DNA of 64,000 nucleotides from Alphaproteobacteria bacterium (GTDB lineage Bacteria; Pseudomonadota; Alphaproteobacteria; SP197): NCBI GenBank assembly GCA_965228895.1, contig OZ245842.1, positions 928,001 to 992,000 of the forward strand, read 5' to 3'. Shown piece by piece: positions 62,738 to 64,000 of this stretch (position 1 is its first letter; each line of letters starts with the position of its first letter). The notes under the pieces were generated by a model. It saw only the letters and a program-made list of their open reading frames with translations, ran no database searches and was not told where the DNA came from. The position numbers and the translations under genes were made by a program.

Positions 62738-64000
62738 TTAAGACGGACCGGATTTGCCGCCGTTCAGCAGTGCCATCATCTGCGCGCCAAAGTCCTGGCT
62801 CGCGGACTGGCTATCCATCGCCTCGGCGCGCTCCAGATACGTTGCCGCACGCTCGGGATCGTCATCGCGATAGGCCGAAGCAAGGGCGTGGTAGAGGCGC
62901 ATATAGTGGCCGCGCACCGCCATGCTTTTTTCAATGTCGGTTTCGCCGGCCTGGGCCTCGCCCGCCATCAAGGCCTGCATGGACGCCATGAGCGACTGTG
63001 CGAGATCATCGCTGCCCGGGTTTTCGTGACCCATCGCCACCAAAAGATCTTCCGCATCATGCAGGTGTTCGCGCGCGCCGAAGTCGTCGCCATTCCGATT
63101 GATGGCTTCACCCAGGGCGATCAGCGTCTCGACGCGATCAAGCGAGGGCGTCGTCTGTTCCAGTAGCGTGCGTTGCAGGCTTTCGATTTCGGCGTCGGTA
63201 TCGCCGGACAGCACGATCTCCAGCGCGTCGATCTTCTCCTGACACTTGGCGATCTCCGCCGTGTCGCCGGCAGCCTTGTAAGCATCGAGCGCTTGGTGGA
63301 GAAATCCGAGCGCCTGCTTGTCGTCGCGCAACGATTCCGCCGCCATGGCGGCAAACGTCAAGGCTTGGCCGATCTTTCTGTTGAGGTCGGCATCGGAATA
63401 CATGCCGTGAGCCGAGGGCGGCGCGTCCAACACACGCCGGTAGGCGCTGCAGATATCCAAGAGTTCGTCGATCACCGCGGCGTCGGCGGATCCCGGCATC
63501 AACCGCGTCATGGCTGCGGTAACGCGGCTGTCGGTCTGAATGTAGAGCTGCAGCGCGGCCATCTCATCGAGCGGCTCGCCGGTGTCTTGAGTCGCCGATT
63601 GGCCGGCGGAGACCTGTTCGCTGAACGACGAAAAGATCTCGCGTGCGTGGCGTTGAAAGGCGTCGACTTCCTGGGCAACACGACTGGCGCCCGCGCTGAT
63701 GTTGGCGGTGGCGCTGTCGGCAAGTTCTGCCGCCGGGCTTGTCCCGGTGCCCGTGCCGGCGCCGGCCGCGAGCGCTTCCTGGCGGAACATCTGGGCGTAC
63801 TGCGCGACGGCTTCCAGGTTCTGCAGGCGGGTCTGCAATTGCTGATAGACCGGGTTGGGATTGCCGGAAACACCGGCCTGGATCTCGGCCATGGATTGGG
63901 CCATCTGATCCTCGAAACTGGCGCCCCATGATTCGCCGCTGCCGAACTGCGCGGTGTTGTTCAACTGCTGCTGTGTTTGCGTGTAGAGCATGTTGAGCGC
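62738..64000 (-). CDS. TPR-like helical-repeat protein; frame is open to the window edge, so the 5' end may be missing
   Basis: Helical repeats ALGFLHQALDAY, LIALGEA...AREHLHDAE, LASAY...AATYLERAE; Gln-rich N-terminal part; no stop between ATG 63991 and 64000. Confidence 0.75.
   Translation of the reverse strand, partial: ALNMLYTQTQQQLNNTAQFGSGESWGASFEDQMAQSMAEIQAGVSGNPNPVYQQLQTRLQNLEAVAQYAQMFRQEALAAGAGTGTGTSPAAELADSATANISAGASRVAQEVDAFQRHAREIFSSFSEQVSAGQSATQDTGEPLDEMAALQLYIQTDSRVTAAMTRLMPGSADAAVIDELLDICSAYRRVLDAPPSAHGMYSDADLNRKIGQALTFAAMAAESLRDDKQALGFLHQALDAYKAAGDTAEIAKCQEKIDALEIVLSGDTDAEIESLQRTLLEQTTPSLDRVETLIALGEAINRNGDDFGAREHLHDAEDLLVAMGHENPGSDDLAQSLMASMQALMAGEAQAGETDIEKSMAVRGHYMRLYHALASAYRDDDPERAATYLERAEAMDSQSASQDFGAQMMALLNGGKSGPS

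Overview
GC-rich bacterial DNA, probably alphaproteobacterial judging by gene content, in four parts. (1) 1-~6.8 kb is a visibly more AT-rich accessory island. It carries a UvrD/helicase IV-type gene end, an uncharacterised gene coupled to an unusual pentapeptide-repeat/EF-G domain IV-V fusion, and a DUF5681-like, ParB-methyltransferase, HTH module. It ends in an exactly 11-bp-phased motif array and a tRNA-3'-end-like (att-like) sequence. (2) ~6.9-44 kb holds amine, betaine and organosulfonate-type catabolic clusters: MttB-like/flavoenzyme/Xsc-like operon, Rieske oxygenase, glutamine-synthetase-like ligase, PotABCD-like transporter, TauD, tdh-kbl and PdxA-like genes, plus two tandem photolyases. 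An identical 17-bp palindromic operator links two divergent promoters there. (3) 44.3-56.7 kb is a vitamin B6 degradation operon (ppaT, pldH, pdlA, fhmpcd1, BMP-type ABC transporter). A gentisate-dioxygenase-type cupin and a His-rich LVIVD propeller lead the operon, and the canonical ring-opening genes are absent from the window. (4) 56.9-64 kb encodes an exported Gly/Ser/His repeat protein, a lipoprotein/coiled-coil pair and a TPR / TPR-CHAT protease / small-protein operon cut by the window edge. All calls come from motif recognition and remembered family sequences; no searches were run. No rRNA, intact tRNA, CRISPR array, integrase or transposase was seen.
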